From a virus (Duplodnaviria; Caudoviricetes): DNA of 41,021 nucleotides. Each line of letters begins with the position of its first letter. The first letter of the stretch is position 1. The notes under the pieces were generated by a model. That model did not search any database. It saw only the letters and a program-made list of their open reading frames with translations, and was not told the DNA's origin. The stretch covers positions 1-41,021 of the IMG/VR virus record IMGVR_UViG_3300035041_000109; one strand, given 5' to 3'. Positions 18,637-28,290 of the stretch are shown here, one piece after another. Position numbers and translations under genes: made by a program.

Positions 18637-20043
18637 ATGAGCGAGTTTTACGTACTAGAGAGAACCAAAACATCCGACATCCAGATCAAATGTACTGGAG
18701 CCGACACTCTTTCAATCGATGCCATCATCGAGTTCCAGGGAGGCTTGAAGAAGCTCTCCAAATCAAGCCTTGAAAAGCTGAAAACACGGATCCTCACCGA
18801 TGGCTTTATCGCCCCCATCTTTATTTGGGAGCACGAGGGAGATAACTTCATCCTCGATGGCCATCAGAGACTGCAGGCGCTGCTCTCACTTCGAAAAGAC
18901 GGCTATGATATTCCCCTTATTCCAGTTGATTATATCCACGCTGAGAGCATCGAGGATGCCAAAAGAAAGCTTTTGAGCATCACCAGCCAGTATGGTGAGT
19001 TTGATGTAGAAGAGTTGCAGTCCTGGCTCAAAGACCTGGATGAAGAGATCCGGGATACCTTCCGCTTTGTCGATGATGAACTCAAACTGGCCTTCGATGA
19101 AGTGCCCGATGAGACCGAGGACGATGATGTAGTGGAACTCGATGTTCCTGCTATCAGTCAGCACGGTGATATCTGGCAGCTGGGAGACCACCGACTCATG
19201 TGTGGCGATGCAACCAGCAGCGAGGATGTAGCAAAGCTCATGGACGGGGAACTTGCCGACATGATCTTTACCGATCCTCCCTATGGAGTGAGCTACAAGG
19301 GCACAAATAACCCCAACGGGCGTGAGTGGGAGATCATCGAGGGAGATACCCTTCGAGGTGATGCGCTCTACCAATTGCTTTACGGATCCTTCCAGCAGCT
19401 GTACGCCTTCTCCAGAGAAAACCCGGCTGTCTACGTGTGGCATGCATCCAGTACGCAAATGATCTTCGAAACGGCACTCAATGATGCAGGCTTTGAAGTC
19501 AAAGAGCAGATCATCTGGAACAAGGGCATGGTCATGGGCCACTCAGACTATCACTGGTCCCATGAGCCGTGCTTCTATGCCAGGAAGAAAGGCAATAACA
19601 ACAGCTGGTTTGGAGATAGAAAACAACGGACCATCCTTCGCCAGGAGGAGATTGACCTCGAGACGTTCAAGAAAGCCGAACTCATCGAGATGCTTTCCTT
19701 TTTCCGGGATGAATCAACGGTCTGGGAGATTCGAAAAGACTCAGCTCAGACCTATGTCCACCCCACCCAGAAACCTGTGGACCTGTGCATGAAGGCAATC
19801 AGGAACAACACTACCATAAAGCAGAACAAGGTCCTGGACCTCTTCTCAGGATCGGCCTCCACGATCATTGCCTGCGAGAAATCTCACCGTCAGGCCTACG
19901 CCATGGAGATCGACCTTCAGTACGTGGATGTGGGAGTCCAGCGCTATATCAGGTGGTGCAAGGAGAATGGAAAAGATCCTGTGGTGCTCAAAAACGGAGA
20001 GCTCTGGACCAGCGATGATAATGAAGAGGGGGACAAAAAATAA
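18637..20043 (+). CDS. ParB/Srx-like domain fused to an amino (N6/N4) DNA methyltransferase
   Basis: ILDGHQRL (ParB-like), FTDPPYG, HPTQKPV and DLFSGSAST. Typical position upstream of the terminase. Confidence 0.9.
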   Translation: MSEFYVLERTKTSDIQIKCTGADTLSIDAIIEFQGGLKKLSKSSLEKLKTRILTDGFIAPIFIWEHEGDNFILDGHQRLQALLSLRKDGYDIPLIPVDYIHAESIEDAKRKLLSITSQYGEFDVEELQSWLKDLDEEIRDTFRFVDDELKLAFDEVPDETEDDDVVELDVPAISQHGDIWQLGDHRLMCGDATSSEDVAKLMDGELADMIFTDPPYGVSYKGTNNPNGREWEIIEGDTLRGDALYQLLYGSFQQLYAFSRENPAVYVWHASSTQMIFETALNDAGFEVKEQIIWNKGMVMGHSDYHWSHEPCFYARKKGNNNSWFGDRKQRTILRQEEIDLETFKKAELIEMLSFFRDESTVWEIRKDSAQTYVHPTQKPVDLCMKAIRNNTTIKQNKVLDLFSGSASTIIACEKSHRQAYAMEIDLQYVDVGVQRYIRWCKENGKDPVVLKNGELWTSDDNEEGDKK

Positions 20044-20406
20044 ATGCCAGCGGGACGGCCGAGAAAGTACACGAAGAAACTGCTCAAAGAAATTGAGGAG
20101 AAGATTAACGCCTACACAGATACCACACCACTTCCGGTGCTTGCAGAATGTGCCTATGAGCTCGGGATGCACCGTCAGCAGCTGTATGAATTCCCGGAAT
20201 TGAATGACGCTATCAAAAAATTGATCACGAAAAAGGAGTCTGTGCTCGAAAAAGGAGCCCTATCAGGCAAATTAAACGCGAGTATGGCCATCTTCTCACT
20301 CAAGCAGATTGGATGGAGCGACAAGCAGGATGTCAGCCACTCAGGACACATTGATGGAAGCAACAAGATAGAAATCTATCTGCCAGATAACAGTAGGGAG
20401 GAGTAG
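20044..20406 (+). CDS. Terminase small subunit
   Basis: MPAGRPRKY N-terminus, AIFSLKQIGWSDKQ motif and position. Confidence 0.75.
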   Translation: MPAGRPRKYTKKLLKEIEEKINAYTDTTPLPVLAECAYELGMHRQQLYEFPELNDAIKKLITKKESVLEKGALSGKLNASMAIFSLKQIGWSDKQDVSHSGHIDGSNKIEIYLPDNSREE

Positions 20407-20409
20407 AAG

Positions 20410-20721
20410 ATGATATTGCACACAGAAAATGCCGATATTCACGTTGAGCTTACAGAGGAGTTAGAGGATCTTGCCAGGATGATTGATGACGATGAGAAAA
20501 TGATGGAGATCCTAAGAAATTTTGCTGGGATCAATCTCTACTTCCCGCAGAAAATATCCAAGGCAATCGAGCATGAGAAGATTTGGAATGATTATCAGAG
20601 TCTGTGCTCCAGGCCAAACATCCCGAAGATGAGGGTACTCACGATACTTGAGGAGCGCTACGGGATCAGTAAGCGCTGGATCCATGAGATTGTGACCCGA
20701 CATCAGCTTGCAGTCCAGTAA
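20410..20721 (+). CDS. Mor/C-family transcription activator
   Basis: FAGINLYFP followed by a C-terminal HTH (LEERYGISKRWIHEIV). Confidence 0.7.
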   Translation: MILHTENADIHVELTEELEDLARMIDDDEKMMEILRNFAGINLYFPQKISKAIEHEKIWNDYQSLCSRPNIPKMRVLTILEERYGISKRWIHEIVTRHQLAVQ

Positions 20722-20726
20722 TATCA

Positions 20727-22121
20727 GTGCTCATACGACCGCAAGAAGGGCCGCAGGAGGCCTTTTTATCGACACCAGCAGACATCTGTATCTATGGTGG
20801 GGCTGCAGGGGGAGGGAAGTCATACGGACTGCTGCTTGAGCCGCTTCGCCATGTGCATATCCCGAAGTTCTCGGCTGTCATCTTTCGTCGCTACGCTGAT
20901 GAGATCACGATGGAAGGAGGACTGTGGGAGGTCTCACAAGACCTGTATCCAAACTTCGGGGCAACCCCAGTAGCAACTCCTATCCATCAGTACCGCTTTC
21001 AGACGGGTTCGGTGATATCCTTTCGTAACTTTGATCATGAGAAGAAGAAACATAAGTTCCAGGGAGCTCAGATCCCCTTAATTGAGTTTGATGAGCTTAC
21101 CCACTTCTCTGAGTCGATGTTTTGGTACATGTTATCGCGTAACCGCTCTACCTGCGGCATCAAGCCCTACATGAGAGCCAGTACGAACCCTGATCCAGAT
21201 AGCTGGATCCTTCCATTCATATCCTGGTGGGTAGATCAAGACACAGGCTTCCCGATCAAAGAGCGAAGTGGGGTGATCCGTTGGTTTATCAGACAGTCAG
21301 GGGAGATCATCTGGGCAAACTCGAAAGATGATCTCCAGAGAAAATATCCAGGCTGCCACCCGAAGAGCTTCACTTTCATTCCCTCATCGGTGTTTGACAA
21401 CAAGATCCTGCTTGACCAGGATCCAGGCTACCTAGCGAACCTCAATGCGCTGCTTGATTATGAGCAAAAAAGGCTCATGGGAGGCAACTGGTTTGCTCGT
21501 CCCACCGCAGGTGAGATCTTCAAGCGGCAGTACTTTGAGATCCTGGACCCGGTAGAGATCCCACCAGCCCAGGTTGAGGTGCGATTCTGGGACCGTGCTG
21601 CAACCAATCCCAGTGAACTCAACCCTGATCCCGACTGGAGTGCAGGAATCAAGCTCAGGAAAGCCATAGATGGCAAATTCTATATCATGCATGCCTCCCA
21701 TTTCAGAGGTGAGCCCTATGATGTCCACCGAGCCATTAAGAATATGGCATCACAAGATGGACGAATGACGACCATCGGTCTGTGGCAGGACCCGGGATCT
21801 GCAGGTAAGTATGAGGTTAAAGATTATGTGCACCACCTGATGGGTTTTGATGTGCAGTATTACCCCCAGACGAAGAACAAACTCAGCTACTGGAAGCCCC
21901 TGGCTGTCCAGGCAAAAGCAGGAAACGTGAAGATGGCTCGAGGGGAGTGGAATGAATCCTTCTTGCGAGAATTAGAGGGAGTAACTGACGGATCACAACC
22001 GGGACACGATGACCAGGCAGACGCTGCAGCTGGTGCATTCTTACTGCTCACCGATGGAGCGCCCACACCAATCCATGTTCCCGAACTTGATCGAGCACAA
22101 CTAAGGAGTCTACGCATATGA
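20727..22121 (+). CDS. Terminase large subunit
   Basis: YGGAAGGGKS Walker A, FDELTHF Walker B, STNP, and C-terminal HDDQADAAAGA nuclease motif. Confidence 0.95.
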   Translation: MLIRPQEGPQEAFLSTPADICIYGGAAGGGKSYGLLLEPLRHVHIPKFSAVIFRRYADEITMEGGLWEVSQDLYPNFGATPVATPIHQYRFQTGSVISFRNFDHEKKKHKFQGAQIPLIEFDELTHFSESMFWYMLSRNRSTCGIKPYMRASTNPDPDSWILPFISWWVDQDTGFPIKERSGVIRWFIRQSGEIIWANSKDDLQRKYPGCHPKSFTFIPSSVFDNKILLDQDPGYLANLNALLDYEQKRLMGGNWFARPTAGEIFKRQYFEILDPVEIPPAQVEVRFWDRAATNPSELNPDPDWSAGIKLRKAIDGKFYIMHASHFRGEPYDVHRAIKNMASQDGRMTTIGLWQDPGSAGKYEVKDYVHHLMGFDVQYYPQTKNKLSYWKPLAVQAKAGNVKMARGEWNESFLRELEGVTDGSQPGHDDQADAAAGAFLLLTDGAPTPIHVPELDRAQLRSLRI

Positions 22122-23503
22122 GACGTTACAAGGCCGTATTACAAGAGGATGGCAGACTGAATGATAACCAGATCGTGAAACTCATTAAAGCAAGAGAGCA
22201 AGAGATCCCTGATCTGCTCTCCCTTCACAATTACTACCGAGGCAAGAATCCTGCGATCCTGGCAAAAGATGTAACAGAACATCGAAACAGGATCCCGGTT
22301 CCCTATGGGAGGCTGTTGGTGCGCATTGTCGTGGGCTTCATGTACAAATCAGGGCTCATCAGCTATGGCCTTGATGAGGATACCGGGGAGACTTCCTACT
22401 ATTCACTGATTGAAGATGTGTTCAAAGCAAACCGGGAGGCTGAGCTCAACACAGAGCTGGGAAAGGATCAGACGATCTTCGGCGAGGCTTACGAGCTCCA
22501 CTACGTTGATAACGAGGAGGGAGAAGATCAGTTTGCCAAGGTACCGGTGTATGAGTTTATCCCCGTCTACAACTACGATATCAAGCCCAAGCTCATTGCA
22601 GGCATCAGGTTCTATGCAGAGCACGAAGGACAAAGCAAAAAGATCTTCGTTGAGATCTACTACACTGACCAGGTTGAACGATATCAGCTGGTTGGATCAT
22701 CCCTCACGCAGTTGTCGACCGATGTCCATCCTTACGGCCAGGTTCCGGTGGTGATCTACCGAAACAACGAGGATATCCAGGGGGATCTTGAGCATATCCA
22801 GAAACTCATTGATGCCTATGATGTGTTAATCTCCACCTTCCTCGATGATGAGGAGAAGTTTGCTGAGGCTATTCTGCTCTTGTACGGGAAATACCTCGAT
22901 GAAGAGGCGTTAAGCAAGCTGCAGAAGCTGAGGGTCATCGATGGACTCAAAGAAAACGATAAGCTTGAGTACCTCACGAAGGACCTATCGGTCTCCGGGA
23001 GAAAGGAACTCCTCGAGATCATCCGCCAGGAGATCCACCGGCAGTCGCTCATTCCTGATATGACAGACCCCAGCGCCCTGGGGCAGAAGTCAGGGGAGGC
23101 ATTCACGTACCTGTTCGCGCTTTTCGAGATGCTTGCAGGGGAGAAGCAGAGCTACTTCGCTCAAGGGCTGCGTAAACGAATAGAGCTCATCACAGCAACA
23201 CTAAGCTATCCCAAGGGGAAACAGGTCGGAGACCCCAGTGACATCAAGATCATCTTTACCAGGAACATACCGAAGAATCTCACCGCTATCACGGAGATGG
23301 TATCAAAGCTCTGGGGCATGGTAAGCGAACGGTCCCTCCTCGAGCAGCTTCCTTTTATTGAGAACCCAGATGCGGAAGTAGAGCAGAAGAGAAAAGAGGA
23401 TGCTGCCAATATGGAAGTAAGTCCGCTCTCATCAGATGAGGTGCTGAAAGTCTATCAGGACGGTGGCATGAAGAGCGCTCCTGCCGGCCAAAAACGGGCA
23501 TAG
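22118..23503 (+). CDS. Portal protein, SPP1 gp6-like
   Basis: YYRGK, FGEAYELHY, HPYGQVPVVIYRNN, LIDAYD, SGEA and FTRNIPKN. Confidence 0.92.
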   Translation: MRRYKAVLQEDGRLNDNQIVKLIKAREQEIPDLLSLHNYYRGKNPAILAKDVTEHRNRIPVPYGRLLVRIVVGFMYKSGLISYGLDEDTGETSYYSLIEDVFKANREAELNTELGKDQTIFGEAYELHYVDNEEGEDQFAKVPVYEFIPVYNYDIKPKLIAGIRFYAEHEGQSKKIFVEIYYTDQVERYQLVGSSLTQLSTDVHPYGQVPVVIYRNNEDIQGDLEHIQKLIDAYDVLISTFLDDEEKFAEAILLLYGKYLDEEALSKLQKLRVIDGLKENDKLEYLTKDLSVSGRKELLEIIRQEIHRQSLIPDMTDPSALGQKSGEAFTYLFALFEMLAGEKQSYFAQGLRKRIELITATLSYPKGKQVGDPSDIKIIFTRNIPKNLTAITEMVSKLWGMVSERSLLEQLPFIENPDAEVEQKRKEDAANMEVSPLSSDEVLKVYQDGGMKSAPAGQKRA

Positions 23504-23512
23504 GGGCCTCTA

Positions 23513-25918
23513 TTGGCAGTGGGTAAACTCTCAGGAGATGGGGCACTCTTTGATAAGCTCTATGGAGGTATTCAAGCATCGCTCTACAATCAGCAGCTCA
23601 CAAGTGAGGAGAAGATTCTCTCATTGTATGTCCAGGCCTACGAGCAAATCAAAGTCGATCTGGCTGGAGTGTACGCCTCGTATGCACAGGATGGAAAACT
23701 CAGCTTCTCAGAGATGAGTAAGTACAATCGCCTGAAAAACCTCGAAGCCCAGGTCTCCTCACACCTGAAACCCATCCTCAAGCGAAAAGATAATCTGCTC
23801 ATAGATACCACGAAGAAACTCTTCGAAGAATCCTTCTATCAGCACGGCTACGCCATCGACCAGAATGGTGGGTGTGCACTGAAGTGGGGATTGCTTCGAG
23901 ATGAGGATGTTGAGGCTCTCGCGTTATCACCCCTGGGGAAGCTCTCTGAGACGAGGTACCTCCAGGGTGACCGGGATCAGGCAGTGTATGCCATCCGTAA
24001 GCTCATCACCATCGGGATCGTCAAAGGGGATGATTATCCACGTATGGCCAGGAACATACGAGATGCCATGGGGATAGCGAAGCTTCATAACGGAAAGTAT
24101 GTCCCATCGAACAAAGGGCAGCTCTACAAAGCCCTGCGTATTGCCAGGACTGAAGGACAACGAGCGGCAGTTGAAGGCCAACGGAAAGCATATGAGAAGG
24201 CTAGTGAGGAGGGGGTCGAGCTCAAAGAGATCTGGGATGCTGCTCTTGATGCGAGGACACGACCTGAGCATGGAGCGCTCGATGGGAAGGAGAAGAAAGA
24301 AAAAGGCTGGAAAGTCCCGTCAATCGGGTGGGTAACAGCTCCCCTGCAGTCAGGAGTAGCAAGTTTTGATATCCACTGCCGCTGTCGGATCCGTGGTCAG
24401 ATCAAAGGCTATCCTCCCAAGGTACGAGGAATAAAAGGAGAAGGCCAGCAGCCCTGGACTGATTATGAGAGCTGGAGAGGAGCGGTAAAGACAAAAGGCT
24501 CGGCTAAGAGTCTTAACCTACCACCACCAGTCTCATCGCTTCCTGTAGGAGAGGCCGGAGCGAAGGCCTTTGGGGCACGGTTAACCCAGAAGAAAGGAAC
24601 CCATCTCGGTGGCTCCACGGGAGCGAAGCTCTTCGTCGATGATGAGGGCAGTGAGTGGATAGTAAAGACATATCACGGCTCGAAGGAGCGGGTACGAAAT
24701 GAGTTCGTGGCCAATCAGATCTATGACAAGGTAGGTGTCCAGGTTGCCCAATCTCGTCTTGCCTACATCGGGGATGATCTAGCGGTTGCTACCAAGCATC
24801 TGGGAGCTGGCTACAAAACAGTGGGTTACAACGGCCTTGAAATGGCCTCCCAGGCTAACCGGGTGAAATCAGGGTTTGTTACCGATGCCTGGCTTGCCAA
24901 CTGGGATGTAGCAGGAGCGAGCATTGATAACCTGATGATTTCAGGCGGTAAGGTCTCAACGATTACCCGTATTGATCAGGGCGGCACGCTCTTCTATCGG
25001 GCACAAGGGGCGAAAAAGGGTTCAGCCTTTGGAGCCAAAGTAACCGAGCTCAAGACACTACGGGATCCTTCCATGAATTCTGCCTCCGCCGGACTCTTTA
25101 AGCACGTAACAGACGCTGATGTTGCCAAGCAAATCAGGACACTGAAGATTCGCATCAAAAAGGGTGATATCACCGAGATCTTGAAGACAAGTGGTCTCTC
25201 ACCAATAGAGCAAAAAAACTATTACACCATGCTCACGCAAAGGCTTGAGTATCTCTATCAGTGGGAAAAGAATTTCAAGGCAAAACCTGCTCCAAAGATA
25301 AAACCAGCAGCTCCACAGGGACCTCTGATCGGACGTACTTCACAGGAGGTAACAAAGCTCACCCATGAGTCCTGGAATTCTTTCACCTCTTCAGAGCGTC
25401 AGGCTATAGCTAATTACACCGGTTCTGGGTATCGTGGGATTAACCGTGATGCCCTAGAAGGAATAGCCTATCGGGATCTCGACCAGGCACTTGATAAAAT
25501 GCCCTGTTATGAAGGGGTAGTGGGACGAGGAGTTTCTAATATCCCTGGGATAGAGAATCAGTGGAAGAAGTGGAAAAGCGGTGACTGGGCCTATGTACAG
25601 TGGAAAGCCTACTCATCAACCTCGATTACTCCCGGACGAAACTTTGGGACCGATAGAGGATACCTGGCGGTTATCAAGACCAAGGGAAAGAACCGGGCAG
25701 GCTACATCAATGGTAAGAGCAACTTTGCAGCAGAGGATGAATACCTCTTCGGTATGGATGCAAAATTCAGGGTTGCAGGGTATGCGGAGAGCCCTGATGG
25801 GCGAAAGAGAACGATACTTCTTGAGGAGGTCGATGATATCCCTGATAAGCAGGAGCCGCCAACGAAAATGGAATATGAGGAGATATTGAGGATATGGAAA
25901 GAGAGCAGAGGGAGGTAG
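23513..25918 (+). CDS. MuF (SPP1 gp7-like) minor head protein fused to HipA/PI-kinase-like and ADP-ribosyltransferase domains
   Basis: MuF: RIARTEG...WDAALDARTRPEHGALDG...HCRC. Kinase: GGSTG, IVK, NEF, DAWLANWD, DNL, RIDQG. ART: IANYTG.GY..IN, VGRG, YSSTS, EDEYL. Confidence 0.85.
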   Translation: MAVGKLSGDGALFDKLYGGIQASLYNQQLTSEEKILSLYVQAYEQIKVDLAGVYASYAQDGKLSFSEMSKYNRLKNLEAQVSSHLKPILKRKDNLLIDTTKKLFEESFYQHGYAIDQNGGCALKWGLLRDEDVEALALSPLGKLSETRYLQGDRDQAVYAIRKLITIGIVKGDDYPRMARNIRDAMGIAKLHNGKYVPSNKGQLYKALRIARTEGQRAAVEGQRKAYEKASEEGVELKEIWDAALDARTRPEHGALDGKEKKEKGWKVPSIGWVTAPLQSGVASFDIHCRCRIRGQIKGYPPKVRGIKGEGQQPWTDYESWRGAVKTKGSAKSLNLPPPVSSLPVGEAGAKAFGARLTQKKGTHLGGSTGAKLFVDDEGSEWIVKTYHGSKERVRNEFVANQIYDKVGVQVAQSRLAYIGDDLAVATKHLGAGYKTVGYNGLEMASQANRVKSGFVTDAWLANWDVAGASIDNLMISGGKVSTITRIDQGGTLFYRAQGAKKGSAFGAKVTELKTLRDPSMNSASAGLFKHVTDADVAKQIRTLKIRIKKGDITEILKTSGLSPIEQKNYYTMLTQRLEYLYQWEKNFKAKPAPKIKPAAPQGPLIGRTSQEVTKLTHESWNSFTSSERQAIANYTGSGYRGINRDALEGIAYRDLDQALDKMPCYEGVVGRGVSNIPGIENQWKKWKSGDWAYVQWKAYSSTSITPGRNFGTDRGYLAVIKTKGKNRAGYINGKSNFAAEDEYLFGMDAKFRVAGYAESPDGRKRTILLEEVDDIPDKQEPPTKMEYEEILRIWKESRGR

Positions 25919-25920
25919 AT

Positions 25921-26205
25921 ATGCACTATGATACCGGGAGGTATGCGATTATGTGGGTATCTCCGTGTCATTACTGTAAGAACCTCACTGATATGGGAGG
26001 GCTTGATTACAAAGGGTGGACGTGTAAGGCGTTCCCAGAAGGTATTGATCCCCAGATTGTTGAAGGAAAAAAGCGGCATGATGAGCCGATTGAGGGGGAT
26101 CATGGACTGCAATATGATCCGAAGGTTTTTGAGGACAAGCAGGGGGAATTCTGGTACGATTGGGATGGGAGAGTTAACAATGCCGCTTTGGGTGTAAAAA
26201 ACTGA
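25921..26205 (+). CDS. Small Cys-rich protein, probable immunity protein of the MuF toxin
   Basis: GGAGG RBS 2 nt after the toxin stop region. Contains CHYC...CKAFPEGID...H..P..GDHGL. Confidence 0.65.
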   Translation: MHYDTGRYAIMWVSPCHYCKNLTDMGGLDYKGWTCKAFPEGIDPQIVEGKKRHDEPIEGDHGLQYDPKVFEDKQGEFWYDWDGRVNNAALGVKN

Positions 26206-26485
26206 AACTCTAAATGCTGATTGTGGTTACTGCTTTCAGCAGTCCAACCTGGCCAATTGACCGGAGTAATTCATGCCACCGAACTGGGTGAATCCTACTA
26301 GCTTTCTAGACTGACAGAACCATGTAATAGTTTTTTTGTTTTGCTCTATGCTTTTCCTCTAGATCAGGTCCCATAAGAAAGAGTGTCAATGATGATGCTT
26401 GCACCCATCCAAGGACAGCTTGTCCCAAGGCAATGTTGGCAAGAACTCAATTTTTTGAGGACTTTAACAATACTGGAGAATAACA

Positions 26486-26514
26486 TTCAGTAACACAAAC
26501 CATTGTGATATAAT
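26486..26514 (+). promoter_or_regulatory. Sigma70-like promoter of the moron at 26572
   Basis: TTCAGT-N17-TATAAT with an extended -10 (TGaTATAAT). Confidence 0.55.
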
Positions 26515-26571
26515 TCAAGCAATTAGAAATATTTAATCAGAAAACATATTACTTTTAAAGGAGAATCCAAT

Positions 26572-27147
26572 ATGGATAGTTTCCGCCTAATGGAGTTATT
26601 TTTTGGTGCAATTACATCGGCTGGAGTATTATATGCATTACTATCCCCTTACTTCAGAAAACATTCAAGAAAAAGAAAAATAAAACAGATAATAGAACAA
26701 GAAATGGACGGAAACCATGAGTCAATCGCTCATTGGCTTTTTAAAGATGGATCCGAGAATGTGGATGAAAGTGATATCACAATAGGAGATTTGTTGCTGT
26801 GTAGCATCGAACTCCGTGAGACGAGCTGGAAAATGTTGAAAAATGAAGCACGTGTATTATTTAGCCCTCGAGTTTTCGTGACGATCGATGCATACTATTA
26901 TCAAGTTGAATCAATAATTGAAATCGCAAGCCGATTAAAAAGTCAAGGCCTTGCGGATGATGAAAGAAAAAAGAGGTTAAAGGAGCAAATATCTTCCCTA
27001 GAGTTCGAGTATGTGTTTTGTGTAGCAATAGCTATAATCAGAGATGCTACTGAAGGATACCAAAGAATGCTAAAAAAAGACAGAGAAGTAAAGTTTAAGC
27101 CAATGGTAATCATCAATAAACAAGAAATGATAACTGCTGAAGAGTAA
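26572..27147 (+). CDS. Hypothetical membrane-anchored protein (moron)
   Basis: AAGGAG RBS. N-terminal hydrophobic helix LFFGAITSAGVLYALLSPYF followed by basic RKHSRKRK. AT-rich. Confidence 0.7.
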   Translation: MDSFRLMELFFGAITSAGVLYALLSPYFRKHSRKRKIKQIIEQEMDGNHESIAHWLFKDGSENVDESDITIGDLLLCSIELRETSWKMLKNEARVLFSPRVFVTIDAYYYQVESIIEIASRLKSQGLADDERKKRLKEQISSLEFEYVFCVAIAIIRDATEGYQRMLKKDREVKFKPMVIINKQEMITAEE

Positions 27148-27431
27148 TCCGATTGCTACGCAAAGCAAAGTTACCGTATAAAACTGTGAAGGTTTTTGGT
27201 GATTTTGAAGTTAGCTGGATGCTGACAAAATATGCGCAGGATTTCCTTGAATGATTGTGTATTTCAAGCCAGACGTGCATTATCCAAGGTTGTATCATCT
27301 ATTAAATAGCAGTGGTAGGAGTTGCCCCATTTGCTGGTAGTCTTTGCTCCGGTCACGTGGCTGGGTTGGACCGTTGAAGTCTGTTACTAAGAGTGTTTAG
27401 TTAGATAAAGAATATGAAAGTGTTTAATCAT

Positions 27432-28280
27432 CTAGAAAATATTATCATTCCAGTAACTAATAAACCAATCGCTATGTGCCAAAGCTCTATAAAGTGCCGT
27501 TTGCCAAGAGTTCATTCCCCCTTTTTTCCTTATCTCGTATTCTTCCATTAGGTAGTCTCTAACTAATCGGGCAGTGTTTGGGCTGTTTAATAAGTTTTTC
27601 AGTCTCACGAGCAAGACTCTCATTTCACTCCCTGCTTGAGAAATAAAAAGACTATTTAGGCTGAAATATTTAAAATGTGAATTGAGTTTCTCAAACCATA
27701 TGGGGCTTATGTTCTGATCGTTGACGTAGAAGGAATATGAACAAGGAACCTCTTCATGCAACTCACAATAAAACCATTCCTTTTGAATAGTTTTATCATA
27801 GTATGGATGAAAAACCTGCTCTTGAAAGGAGCTTGGGCGAATAGAATTCTTTGCCCTATTACAATCCGAACAGCAGGGGATCAGATTATGGGGGTTAACT
27901 GATAAAGCGGGATAATCAGACTTCGGTAAAAAGTGATCCAAGGTTTTTACTTCTCGGTGGTCGCAGTAGGGACAAATTTGATTTGGAGCAGAATTTATAA
28001 TTTCATCATATACGTGTCGTCCGACCGATGATTTATGAACCATCCTATATGTGTAATTTTCCCTTAATTGTTTACGATAAGGGAATGCTTGAATTTCTAT
28101 GGGCTCATCAAGTTCCCATAGATGCCCATTAGCTGCATATTGATCATAGTTTTCTAGCAATCGTACAACAGGTTGAGTCAGCCGTAATAATTCAGTTCTT
28201 ACTTCTGGATCTCTGATACTTTTGGTGCATTTTGTATAAACTTTTTCTGGATCAATAAATGGCTTTGGCAACTTCGTCAT
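27432..28280 (-). CDS. HNH endonuclease, Septu PtuB-like
   Basis: CPYC...TLDHFLPKS...NLIPCCSDCNRAK, directly downstream of the ATPase. Confidence 0.85.
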   Translation of the reverse strand: MTKLPKPFIDPEKVYTKCTKSIRDPEVRTELLRLTQPVVRLLENYDQYAANGHLWELDEPIEIQAFPYRKQLRENYTYRMVHKSSVGRHVYDEIINSAPNQICPYCDHREVKTLDHFLPKSDYPALSVNPHNLIPCCSDCNRAKNSIRPSSFQEQVFHPYYDKTIQKEWFYCELHEEVPCSYSFYVNDQNISPIWFEKLNSHFKYFSLNSLFISQAGSEMRVLLVRLKNLLNSPNTARLVRDYLMEEYEIRKKGGMNSWQTALYRALAHSDWFISYWNDNIF

Positions 28281-28290
28281 AGAAAAACCT

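Noticed and set aside
18886-19542. 218-aa antisense ORF and similar antisense ORFs across the phage core
   Set aside because: They are shadows of well-supported sense genes and have no motifs.
26206-26480. Several short hairpins suggesting an ncRNA
   Set aside because: Stems are only 4-6 bp and within chance expectation, with no recognisable RNA family.
27148-27431. Retron msr-msd associated with the PtuA/PtuB-like genes
   Set aside because: No reverse transcriptase in the window and no a1/a2 inverted repeats identified.
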